This document shows positions 56,732-64,000 of a stretch of DNA of 64,000 nucleotides, piece after piece. The first letter of the stretch is position 1, and each line of letters begins with the position of its first letter. Source of the DNA: Patescibacteria group bacterium (lineage in GTDB: Bacteria; Patescibacteriota; Patescibacteriia; Magasanikbacterales; GWA2-37-8); contig SCQK01000007.1 in NCBI GenBank assembly GCA_004321885.1, positions 96,001 to 160,000 on the forward strand, read 5' to 3'. The position numbers and the translations under genes were made by a program. Below the pieces are notes generated by a model. That model was not told the origin of the DNA. It did no database searches and saw nothing but the letters and a program-made list of their open reading frames with translations.

Positions 56732-58231
56732 ATGTCCCGTAAAATTTTTCTCACAATCTTTCTCGCCGCGCTTTTGTTTTCTTTTGCCAGCGCTGATTTC
56801 ACGCTGGCGGCGGATTATTGCCGCGTAAAATTAGATGTGACTGCTGTCAGTAAAACCACTCTTGCTTGCTACGACATTAGCGCTTTATCAAATTATCCAA
56901 AGTTCAAAGGAAAAGAGGCGGGAGATATCTGCAATGAATTTTACGGCGACTTGGAAAACCAGGAACCGACCGTTAAAAACTATACAGCCCATGAATGTGT
57001 TTCGGCAGAGTCTTTGGAAGAGTGCAAAAAAGGAAATGAAGCGCCGGCCTGCCCCAAAACAAAACTGGAAGTAATCACAAAATTAACAGCTGAACTAAGA
57101 CCGCCGGCCACGGCTATCCGCATTCCCGGGCTTTCTTTCAGCGAGATAAACAAAAATATTACCGAAGACGCGGCGGGAAATAAATATCTCAACATCCCCT
57201 GGATAGGTGAAATGCTTACAGCCGTGTACAAATTCGCCATCACCATTGTCAGCATCGTGGCCGTGATAATGATTATCATTCAGGGCGCGCGGGTGGTGAC
57301 ATCCGGCGGAGGCGAAGCCAAAATGGACGCGTACAAAAAAATCATTCAGGCCATCATCGGCCTGGCCATCGCCTGGGGTTCTTACGCGATTTTATATAAC
57401 ATCAATCCGGATTTGGTGACCTTCAAGGCGTTGAAGGTGAGATATATCCAACCCATACCAATGCCAGAATTCGCGGATGATTTACAAACCACAAAAAATG
57501 ATACAACCAGTGATTCAAGCGGGTATTCTTCTGTGTTTGCAAATTGTCCAATAACTCTATCAGCTCCATTTTCGCCAAGTGGAAACCCCGCAAACGAAGC
57601 GCGAACAAAAGAATTTTATGACAAAATAAATTCGGTTATTAAGGGTACTACTTTAAGCGACAAAATATTACAAATCGCCGAAGCCGCTTCAAAATGTCAG
57701 ATTCATTTTGGCTCATGCGGAAGAACAATAGGAACTGTTTATACACTGGCTGGTATTACTACAAAAAGTTACGGCAGTGATTGCTTAACAAAACCAAAAG
57801 GATGCTGGACGCATGAACAGTCAAAACAACTTAACACCATATCAAGTAGCTTGATAAAATCATTTCCAAACTACCGTTGCGGACGAGATTGTAAAGGAAA
57901 CAAAGACAGCCCGAGCGGCTGTGCTAATTCGGACAAGGAAGCGAGAAAAAAAATGTTGAGCACTCTGCTATCTGACTCCAACTTGACCAGTAAAGGGTGG
58001 CCGGATACTTGGGCTAATGATTTAAAACCTGGAGATACATTCTGGGTTTACAATGGGAATACGAGTTGTTCCGGATTGCATACCGCGTTATTTTTAGGGT
58101 GGGCGTCAGATGGCGTCGCAAAAGTTATCCAAGGAGCAGCTGGCAAAGCGGTTGGTATGGGGTCCATTTGCATCAAAAAAAGTTGTGGGGAAAGAATGAA
58201 TCCTTTAATAAAAACTTTTCGGCCACAATGA
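56732..58231 (+). CDS. Secreted/membrane Cys-rich protein with a VirB2/TrbC-pilin-like double TM hairpin and a C-terminal Cys/His-containing domain (possibly a CHAP/NlpC-like hydrolase)
   Basis: Signal peptide, then LTAVYKFAITIVSIVAVIMIIIQGARVVTSGGGEAKMDAYKKIIQAIIGLAIAWGSYAIL (two TM helices joined by a short loop), then a domain with about 14 Cys and a GLHTALFLGW motif. Domain assignments are speculative. Confidence 0.5.
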   Translation: MSRKIFLTIFLAALLFSFASADFTLAADYCRVKLDVTAVSKTTLACYDISALSNYPKFKGKEAGDICNEFYGDLENQEPTVKNYTAHECVSAESLEECKKGNEAPACPKTKLEVITKLTAELRPPATAIRIPGLSFSEINKNITEDAAGNKYLNIPWIGEMLTAVYKFAITIVSIVAVIMIIIQGARVVTSGGGEAKMDAYKKIIQAIIGLAIAWGSYAILYNINPDLVTFKALKVRYIQPIPMPEFADDLQTTKNDTTSDSSGYSSVFANCPITLSAPFSPSGNPANEARTKEFYDKINSVIKGTTLSDKILQIAEAASKCQIHFGSCGRTIGTVYTLAGITTKSYGSDCLTKPKGCWTHEQSKQLNTISSSLIKSFPNYRCGRDCKGNKDSPSGCANSDKEARKKMLSTLLSDSNLTSKGWPDTWANDLKPGDTFWVYNGNTSCSGLHTALFLGWASDGVAKVIQGAAGKAVGMGSICIKKSCGERMNPLIKTFRPQ

Positions 58232-58326
58232 AAAATCCAACTTCAACATTTTTTTGTTCCAACTGCGGCGCCCAGTTCATGAAGTGGACCGGACGGCCCA
58301 CCCACTTGAACTCGCAATATTTATGA
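58228..58326 (+). CDS. 32-codon upstream ORF mimicking the RadA N-terminus (MKNPTSTFFCSNCGAQFMKWTG...)
   Basis: Its ATG overlaps the stop of the upstream gene (ATGA) and its stop overlaps the radA ATG (ATGA). The peptide parallels RadA MKDGFKTIFICSNCDAQFTKWVG. Confidence 0.3.
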   Translation: MKNPTSTFFCSNCGAQFMKWTGRPTHLNSQYL

Positions 58327-59759
58327 AAGATGGCTTTAAAACAATTTTTATCTGCTCAAATTGCGACGCGCAATTTACCAAGTGGGTGGGTAAATGTTTG
58401 GAATGCGGGAAGTGGGGAACAATTGAAAAATCCCAATTTCCAATTTCCAATTTCCAATCAAATTCCAAACTCCAAAATCCAAACACCCAAAATTATCCAC
58501 CAGTAACGACGAAAAGACTTTCAGAGATAGACAGCGCGGAAGCCAAAAGGATAAAAACAAACATTGATGAATTAGACAGAGTGCTTGGAGGGGGGCTCGT
58601 GCCGGGCTCCCTTGTTTTATTGGGCGGCGAGCCGGGCATCGGCAAATCCACTTTGGCAGCGCAATTGGCGGCCGCGATTCCCAACACCTTATATATTTCC
58701 GGCGAAGAATCCGCCGAACAGATTAAATTGCGCTTTGAGCGATTGGGGATTCCGGGTCAAGCCCGGAATGACAATAATGAGACCTTGCGCTTCGCGAACG
58801 CGACGAGCGTGGAGAGTGTGATAGCGGCCATGGATTCCCCCGTACTTAGTCGGGGGAATGACAGTAAAAACGAGACGGTCGGAATGACAAAACCACAACT
58901 CGTTATTGTTGACTCAATTCAGACAACGAGATCAGACGAAGTAGAGGGCGAGGCCGGAAGTATAAACCAAGTGCGGGCCTGCGCGGTTAAACTCATGGAA
59001 GCGGCAAAATCCACGGGCGTACCGATTGTTTTAATCGGCCAAGTGACCAAAGACGGCGCCGTGGCCGGCCCCAAAACCCTGGAACATCTGGTGGACACTG
59101 TGCTCTATCTGGAAGGCGACCGCTTTCACCAATTCAGAATCTTGCGCGCCGCCAAAAATCGCTTTGGCTCAACCGATGAAGTCGGAATTTTTTCCATGGA
59201 AGAAAACGGCCTGCGAGAAGTGAAAAATCCATCGGCCGCGTTTTTGTCCGGACGCGAAGAAAATGTGCCCGGCTCTTGCGTTACCTGCCTGATGGAAGGC
59301 ACCCGTCCCCTGCTGATTGAAGTGCAGGCGCTCGTAACAAAAACTAACTTCGGCTATCCCCAGCGCCGGGCCTCGGGCTTTGACCTAAACCGCTTGCAAG
59401 TGCTTATCGGCGTGCTGACCAAACGCGCCGGACTGCCGCTGGACACTTATGATGTATTTTTGAATGTCGTGGGCGGGATAAGCGCCGAGGAACCGGCCGT
59501 GGACTTGGCCGTGGTGCTCTCCATCGCTTCGGCCACGAAAAACAAACAACTGCCCAAGGGGCTGGCCGCTTTTGGCGAAGTGGGTTTGGGCGGCGAAGTG
59601 CGCGCCGTCAGCCAAGCCAAAAAACGTCTGGATGAAATCAAAAAAATGGGATTTGAATTCGCCGTGGTGCCGGCTTCTTCCGAAGAATACAAAGCGGGCG
59701 GCATCAAAATCGCGCCGGTAAAAAATGTGAAAGAATTAGTAGAAAGGATTGTCTTGTGA
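58323..59759 (+). CDS. radA: DNA repair protein RadA/Sms with about 60 aa of repeat-derived in-frame insertions
   Basis: C4 zinc ribbon (CSNCDAQFTKWVGKCLECGKW), Walker A GGEPGIGKST, KNRFG motif and Lon-like C-terminal domain. Insertions: GGAAATT-type (58432-58460), family A variants (58748-58775 and 58833-58865). Confidence 0.9.
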   Translation: MKDGFKTIFICSNCDAQFTKWVGKCLECGKWGTIEKSQFPISNFQSNSKLQNPNTQNYPPVTTKRLSEIDSAEAKRIKTNIDELDRVLGGGLVPGSLVLLGGEPGIGKSTLAAQLAAAIPNTLYISGEESAEQIKLRFERLGIPGQARNDNNETLRFANATSVESVIAAMDSPVLSRGNDSKNETVGMTKPQLVIVDSIQTTRSDEVEGEAGSINQVRACAVKLMEAAKSTGVPIVLIGQVTKDGAVAGPKTLEHLVDTVLYLEGDRFHQFRILRAAKNRFGSTDEVGIFSMEENGLREVKNPSAAFLSGREENVPGSCVTCLMEGTRPLLIEVQALVTKTNFGYPQRRASGFDLNRLQVLIGVLTKRAGLPLDTYDVFLNVVGGISAEEPAVDLAVVLSIASATKNKQLPKGLAAFGEVGLGGEVRAVSQAKKRLDEIKKMGFEFAVVPASSEEYKAGGIKIAPVKNVKELVERIVL

Positions 59760-59838
59760 CTGTCATTGCGAGGCCTGAAAGGCCGAAGCAATCCCTTGCA
59801 ATGTGGGATGGGATTGCTTCGCTTCGCTTGCAATGACA
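59758..59838. repeat. Family B element exactly filling the radA/recG convergent spacer
   Basis: gtcattgcgaggcctgaaaggccgaagcaatcccttgcaatgtgggatgggattgcttcgcttcgcttgcaatgac. Confidence 0.85.
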
Positions 59839-62013
59839 TTACTCCAAATGCACTGCATTCTCCCACTCTTTAATCTTCGCCGTTAAGGTCGGAAATTTCC
59901 CCAATCTCGGCGCCACTTGCCGCGCCGCCTCGCGCGCTTTTTTTATTATCTCTTTATCCGTCAGCTTGGCCAAACGCAAATTCATAAACCCGCTCTGGGC
60001 CGTGCCATAGACCTCGCCGGGCCCGCGCATTTCCAAATCCTTTTCCGCCAGCTTGAACCCGTCGTTATTTTTTTCAAAAAATCGCAGGCGCTCCAGGGCG
60101 CGCGGCGACTCCTGCTCCACGAACAAAAAACAATATGACTGATGAACCGAACGCCCCACCCGGCCGCGAAATTGGTGTAACTGGGCCAATCCAAACCTCT
60201 CGGCCCCCTCTATCATCATCACGCTGGTGTTTGGAATATCCACACCCACCTCCACCACAGACGTGGAAACCAAAATATCCAACTCGCGCTTCCTGAATTT
60301 TTCCATTGTCCCGTCTTTTTCTTTTGGTTTGAGGCGTCCATGCAAATATCCCACCCGCAAATCCGGAAATATATTTTTTGAAAGTTTTTCAAATTCTGAA
60401 AGCACCGATTTCTTGTCGTCTTTTGGAAATTGGAAATTGGAAATTGGAAATTCTTCGTTGTTTGCCCCAATTAAAGGGCAAACAACGAAGCACTGCCTGC
60501 CTTTTTTTACTTGTTCGCGGATAAAAGTGTACGCCTTGACGCGATTTACCGGCTCCACCAGCCGCGTCAAAATTTTCTTGCGGCCCGGCGGCAATTCGTT
60601 GATAATGGAAACATCCAGGTCGCCGTAAACCATGAGGGCCAGAGAGCGCGGTATCGGCGTGGCGGTCATGCTCAAAAAATGCGCGCCGCCTCCCTTTTCT
60701 TTTATCGTCTTTCTCTGCCCCACCCCGAAACGATGCTGTTCATCCACAATCACCAAACCCAATCTTTCAAACTCCACTCCTTCTGTCAGTAAAGCATGTG
60801 TGCCAATAATAATTTGAATATTATTACTCTTGATCTTTTCCAAAAAATCTTTTTTATTAAATTTTGAAAATTGGTCATTGGTCATTGATTGGAAATTGGA
60901 AATTGGAAATTGGGATTTTGAACCAGTCAATAAGCCCACTTTAACTTTATGCCCAAGAAGATTAACGATTGAATTATAATGTTGCACCGCAAGTATCTCG
61001 GTGGGCGCCATCAGCACGGCTTGGTAGCCATTCAAAGCCGCGTTGTACATGGCCATAGCCGCCACCACGGTCTTGCCCGAACCGACATCGCCCGACAGCA
61101 GGCGATTCATCGGCGTGGTTTTTTGCAAGTCCTGTAAAATTTCCCAGGCCGAAATTTTTTGCGTTTTGGTTAGTGTAAAAGGCAAACTCGCCACAAATTC
61201 CTTGATGGCGTTTTCGTTAAAAGCGAGGGACGGGGCTTTGGCGTCGGCTTTTTCCAGCCGCGACAGTTCGGCTTTAAGCTGAATCAAAAATAACTCATCA
61301 AATTTCAGACGCTCGGTGCTTTTGGCCAAATCAATTTCATCTTTGGGAAAGTGAATACCCTGCAAAGCCGATGATAAAGGCGCTAAATCATACTTGTCTA
61401 AAATTTCATCAGGCAGCCATTCTTGCATTGCGGCCGATAATACAATCACCTGGCTAACCAAAAAACGAATCTGTTTTTGGGTCAGCCCGGCCGTAAGCGG
61501 ATACATCGGCACCAGTCGCGCCGTGTGGGTCGTATACAAACCCTCCCCTTTCAGAGCCTGCCCTGAACTTGTTTCAGGGGGAGGGACAGAGGGTGGGGTA
61601 TTCACTCGCTCATACACCGGCCCAATCATCTGCGCCCCCAACATATCGGTCCGCGCCTTGCCCGACAAAAAAACCTCGTCCCCGGGCCTAAGCGTCTTGC
61701 CAATAAACGGCTGATTAAACCAGACCACGCGCAAACTACCGCTCGCGTCCGAAACCAGCGCTTCGGTGATGTTTTTTCTCTGACGCGGACTGCGCTTGTT
61801 GGCGATGAGCTCAACTTTGGCGCGCACTGTCACCGCCTCCCCGTGTTTCAGGTCGGCGATTTTTACCACGCTCCGAAAATCCTCGTAACGGAAAGGAAAA
61901 TAAAAAAGAAGGTCGGCCGCCGTGGCCACACCCAAACGCTCCAGCCGCTTGGCCGTGGTCTTGCCCACTCGGGAAAGTTGTGAGATTGGGGTGTTTAAGT
62001 TCATAATCAGCAT
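59839..62013 (-). CDS. recG: ATP-dependent DNA helicase RecG with in-frame repeat insertions
   Basis: Wedge/OB domain, helicase motifs I GDVGSGKT, II DEQH and VI QFRGRVGRS. Insertions: two GGAAATT arrays (60418-60452 and 60885-60915; translated FPISNFQ) and a family D/F hybrid hairpin (61541-61590). Confidence 0.9.
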   Translation of the reverse strand: MLIMNLNTPISQLSRVGKTTAKRLERLGVATAADLLFYFPFRYEDFRSVVKIADLKHGEAVTVRAKVELIANKRSPRQRKNITEALVSDASGSLRVVWFNQPFIGKTLRPGDEVFLSGKARTDMLGAQMIGPVYERVNTPPSVPPPETSSGQALKGEGLYTTHTARLVPMYPLTAGLTQKQIRFLVSQVIVLSAAMQEWLPDEILDKYDLAPLSSALQGIHFPKDEIDLAKSTERLKFDELFLIQLKAELSRLEKADAKAPSLAFNENAIKEFVASLPFTLTKTQKISAWEILQDLQKTTPMNRLLSGDVGSGKTVVAAMAMYNAALNGYQAVLMAPTEILAVQHYNSIVNLLGHKVKVGLLTGSKSQFPISNFQSMTNDQFSKFNKKDFLEKIKSNNIQIIIGTHALLTEGVEFERLGLVIVDEQHRFGVGQRKTIKEKGGGAHFLSMTATPIPRSLALMVYGDLDVSIINELPPGRKKILTRLVEPVNRVKAYTFIREQVKKGRQCFVVCPLIGANNEEFPISNFQFPKDDKKSVLSEFEKLSKNIFPDLRVGYLHGRLKPKEKDGTMEKFRKRELDILVSTSVVEVGVDIPNTSVMMIEGAERFGLAQLHQFRGRVGRSVHQSYCFLFVEQESPRALERLRFFEKNNDGFKLAEKDLEMRGPGEVYGTAQSGFMNLRLAKLTDKEIIKKAREAARQVAPRLGKFPTLTAKIKEWENAVHLE

Positions 62014-62019
62014 TATACC

Positions 62020-62050
62020 AAAACCGGCCGCCTTTGGCGACCGGTCTTCA
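62020..62050 (-). terminator. Terminator hairpin for the upstream gene, followed on the minus strand by a TATAAT -10 box for recG
   Basis: Minus-strand read aagaccggtcgccaaaggcggccggtttt then ggtataatgctgatATG. Confidence 0.45.
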
Positions 62051-62057
62051 TTGATTA

Positions 62058-63461
62058 TTATTCATTGTCCTCTGCTATTCCTTTTCTTGCTCTCTCTCGT
62101 TCTTCTCTGGCGGCTTTTGACGAAAATGGTTTATGTGTAACTATATCTATCCCTCCTGCTCCTTTTGCAACATGACTTTCAATTTTTTTGTATGGCTTGG
62201 GTGTTTTTGGTTTATCAATCACAGGCGCCGCATATTGCTCCATCACAAACGGTTTCTTTTCCGGCGGTATAAATACTTGCGCCCGCGGACGCTTATTCCT
62301 GAATATTGTTTTTGTTTTGTCTACTACTACATCTGTTTCATCTACTACTACATCCTTTTCACTTATCGCTTCTTCTTCGCCCGCCTGAAATTCGGCTATC
62401 TCGTGCGCCGCACGCTTTTTCGCCTGATAATTCGCCGCTTCCTGCGCCCCGACAGCGCTCATCGCCAATCCGGCCGCGGCCACGCCAGTAGCCAGCTTGC
62501 CTATTTTTCTTCCAACTTTTTTACCCAGGTCCGGTACTGTCTTATCCGGCGCCACCTCCCGAGCTCGCTCCGTCTGTGGAATATCCTCTATCCTCTTCTC
62601 TGTCTTTTGTGCAGACAATAACTCTTCTTGTATCTGTAGTTCCAGATTAACTATGTCAGCCTTAAGTTGGGCTTTTTGTGCGCGCTTTTCTTTGCTGAAT
62701 ATGGAAAACACGCCAAACCTCGCCAGCTCCGCTTTCTTGGCCGCGATTTGCGCCGACAATTTATCCATCACGTCGCCCTGTTTAAACCATTTCTTGTCCT
62801 CATACGAAAAATCATCTTCCAACAAATTTTCATCAATACTCGTCGGCGCGCCATTAGCCTCTTGGTGGACAGCCGCCCACTCCTCCATATCTTTCGCTTT
62901 CACGAATGTTTCTTTCGGCTTTTTGTATATCGCCTTGCCAACTGTTTTCAGCTCTTTTGTTCCTGCCCTATATTCCGCTATTTTATCCTTAAATTCATCC
63001 AATTTTTTCCCTAATTCATCCACTTCCTTCTTGGTTGCTACAACATCAAAAAATTTTTCCAAAATTTTAACATCTAAATCAAACTCTTTCTTTTCTTCTT
63101 TTGACAAACCGCTTTTTGCTTCAACAAATTCATTTCTTGCTCTATCTAATTCTCGCTTTCTATGTGTTTCTTCCAAGACACCTCTTCCAATCAGTTCCTC
63201 AACTTCTTCATCTTCGCTAACAATATCTGTGTCCTTTATTCCTTTTTCCCTGGCCCATGGGACGCGTTGTTCTTGAGTAGACGGCGGTAACTCTCTACTT
63301 TCTTGAACTTCAAACATATCCCCTTCGTCTAATTCAATGTCGTTATCTTCGGTTGGAACGGGTGGCATTTTCGCTCGTTTTTTATCCGCTATCAAACGCC
63401 CTAATTCTTCGGAGCTTAATCTGCGGGCTAAGCCGCCTTCGCCTCTTCTTGGCATATACAA
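62058..63461 (-). CDS. Hypothetical Glu/Lys-rich coiled-coil protein with one TM helix near the C-terminal third
   Basis: 467-aa ORF of low complexity (K/E-rich), with a TM segment (GKLATGVAAAGLAMSAVGA). Confidence 0.5.
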   Translation of the reverse strand: MYMPRRGEGGLARRLSSEELGRLIADKKRAKMPPVPTEDNDIELDEGDMFEVQESRELPPSTQEQRVPWAREKGIKDTDIVSEDEEVEELIGRGVLEETHRKRELDRARNEFVEAKSGLSKEEKKEFDLDVKILEKFFDVVATKKEVDELGKKLDEFKDKIAEYRAGTKELKTVGKAIYKKPKETFVKAKDMEEWAAVHQEANGAPTSIDENLLEDDFSYEDKKWFKQGDVMDKLSAQIAAKKAELARFGVFSIFSKEKRAQKAQLKADIVNLELQIQEELLSAQKTEKRIEDIPQTERAREVAPDKTVPDLGKKVGRKIGKLATGVAAAGLAMSAVGAQEAANYQAKKRAAHEIAEFQAGEEEAISEKDVVVDETDVVVDKTKTIFRNKRPRAQVFIPPEKKPFVMEQYAAPVIDKPKTPKPYKKIESHVAKGAGGIDIVTHKPFSSKAAREERERARKGIAEDNE

Positions 63462-63524
63462 AATGGTTAATTGTTTTTAATGTCTGCTCTCTTTTTAATA
63501 TTATACACCAAATCCAAACGTCAA

Positions 63525-64000
63525 TCAATCCTTCTTTATCTCCAGCACAAGCGGCTCGGACAGGTTGCGATAGCCGCCGCTGTTGTATAGCTGCAAATCC
63601 GGAAATTTTATTTTAGCGCCATTTTCGCTCAACTCGTAGAGCACGCCCTTGGCGGCGGTTTCCAGAGCGACCGCGCCCGCGGACACGTTCGCGGTCTTGC
63701 CGGAAAGCAAATTCTTGGCGCTCCAGCCGGCCGTGCTGAATTGACCCGCTGTCATCTTCACCGCGAAAGTCCCGTCTTTCAAAACACCGGCCCCGCCCAA
63801 ATCAAACTCCAATTCGTGGTCGTAATTAAAATCCATGGCGCTGACAGCCGCCTGCCCGGCAATATATTGGGGCGGAAATTTTTCCCGGTACTTCACTTTT
63901 ACTTTCCACTTGCCCAGATACGGATACTTGGCGCCCTTGGCGGCGGGCCCGGTCATTTCCCCATCAGCGGCAAAATCAAGCGCGCCTTTGTAATTGGCCG
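63525..64000 (-). CDS. Hypothetical protein (5' partial; continues beyond window end)
   Basis: The reading frame stays open upstream of the Met at 63956 to the window edge (...ANYKGALDFAADGEMTGPAAKG...). Confidence 0.4.
   Translation of the reverse strand, partial: ANYKGALDFAADGEMTGPAAKGAKYPYLGKWKVKVKYREKFPPQYIAGQAAVSAMDFNYDHELEFDLGGAGVLKDGTFAVKMTAGQFSTAGWSAKNLLSGKTANVSAGAVALETAAKGVLYELSENGAKIKFPDLQLYNSGGYRNLSEPLVLEIKKD

Overview
This 64-kb window (about 50% GC) is gene-dense, with most genes on the minus strand. From gene content and architecture I infer a small-genome bacterium of the Patescibacteria/CPR type; the evidence is short intergenic spacers, tRNAs without encoded CCA, tsaC and tsaD present, a LemA-HtpX pair, ComEC, very large Cys-rich and NHL/FN3 surface proteins, and RF2 present so the genetic code is standard.

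Housekeeping genes I can recognise: rsmA/ksgA, tsaC, prfB, groES-groEL with an upstream CIRCE-like operator, yidC, nusA, ComEC (split), leuS, an inositol monophosphatase-family gene, trxA, infB, rny, two HU genes, tsaD, dnaE, pheS-pheT, rseP, lemA-htpX, a phosphohexomutase, a ClpC-like ATPase, a DsbA-like gene, radA and recG. RNA genes are tRNA-Glu(UUC) and two tRNA(CAU) genes.

The most unusual content is a set of at least seven families of short palindromic repeats (MITE/REP-like). They are scattered through intergenic regions and are also inserted in frame into essential genes (leuS, recG, radA, rsmA, tsaC, tsaD, the phosphohexomutase, ComEC, ClpC), where they add short peptide segments without breaking the reading frame. 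The families are:
- A: gtcattcccccgactaagtcgggggaatgac
- B: an ~80-bp element gtcattgcgagg...cctcgcaatgac
- C: a GGAAATT heptamer microsatellite
- D: GGGGAGGG/CCCTCCCC hairpins
- E: ggctccatag...ctgtggagcc
- F: ggatcctgaaacaagttcaggatgac
- G: ataagcgata palindromes

Other notable loci:
- One tRNA(CAU) gene is interrupted in its anticodon loop by a 112-bp hairpin-closed insertion that itself contains a complete second tRNA(CAU) gene.
- trxA is bracketed by two direct copies of a conserved 57-nt GC-rich structured core, each embedded in its own long perfect AT-rich palindrome.
- An orphan promoter-terminator unit of about 250 nt carries only an 18-codon ORF.
- A possible small integrated element lies next to tRNA-Glu.
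- A Tlde1/L,D-transpeptidase-like gene is followed by a membrane-anchored gene, consistent with a toxin/immunity pair.
- ComEC is split by an intervening methyltransferase gene.
- Several large secreted/envelope proteins are present.

No rRNA genes, CRISPR arrays or classical IS transposases were seen.
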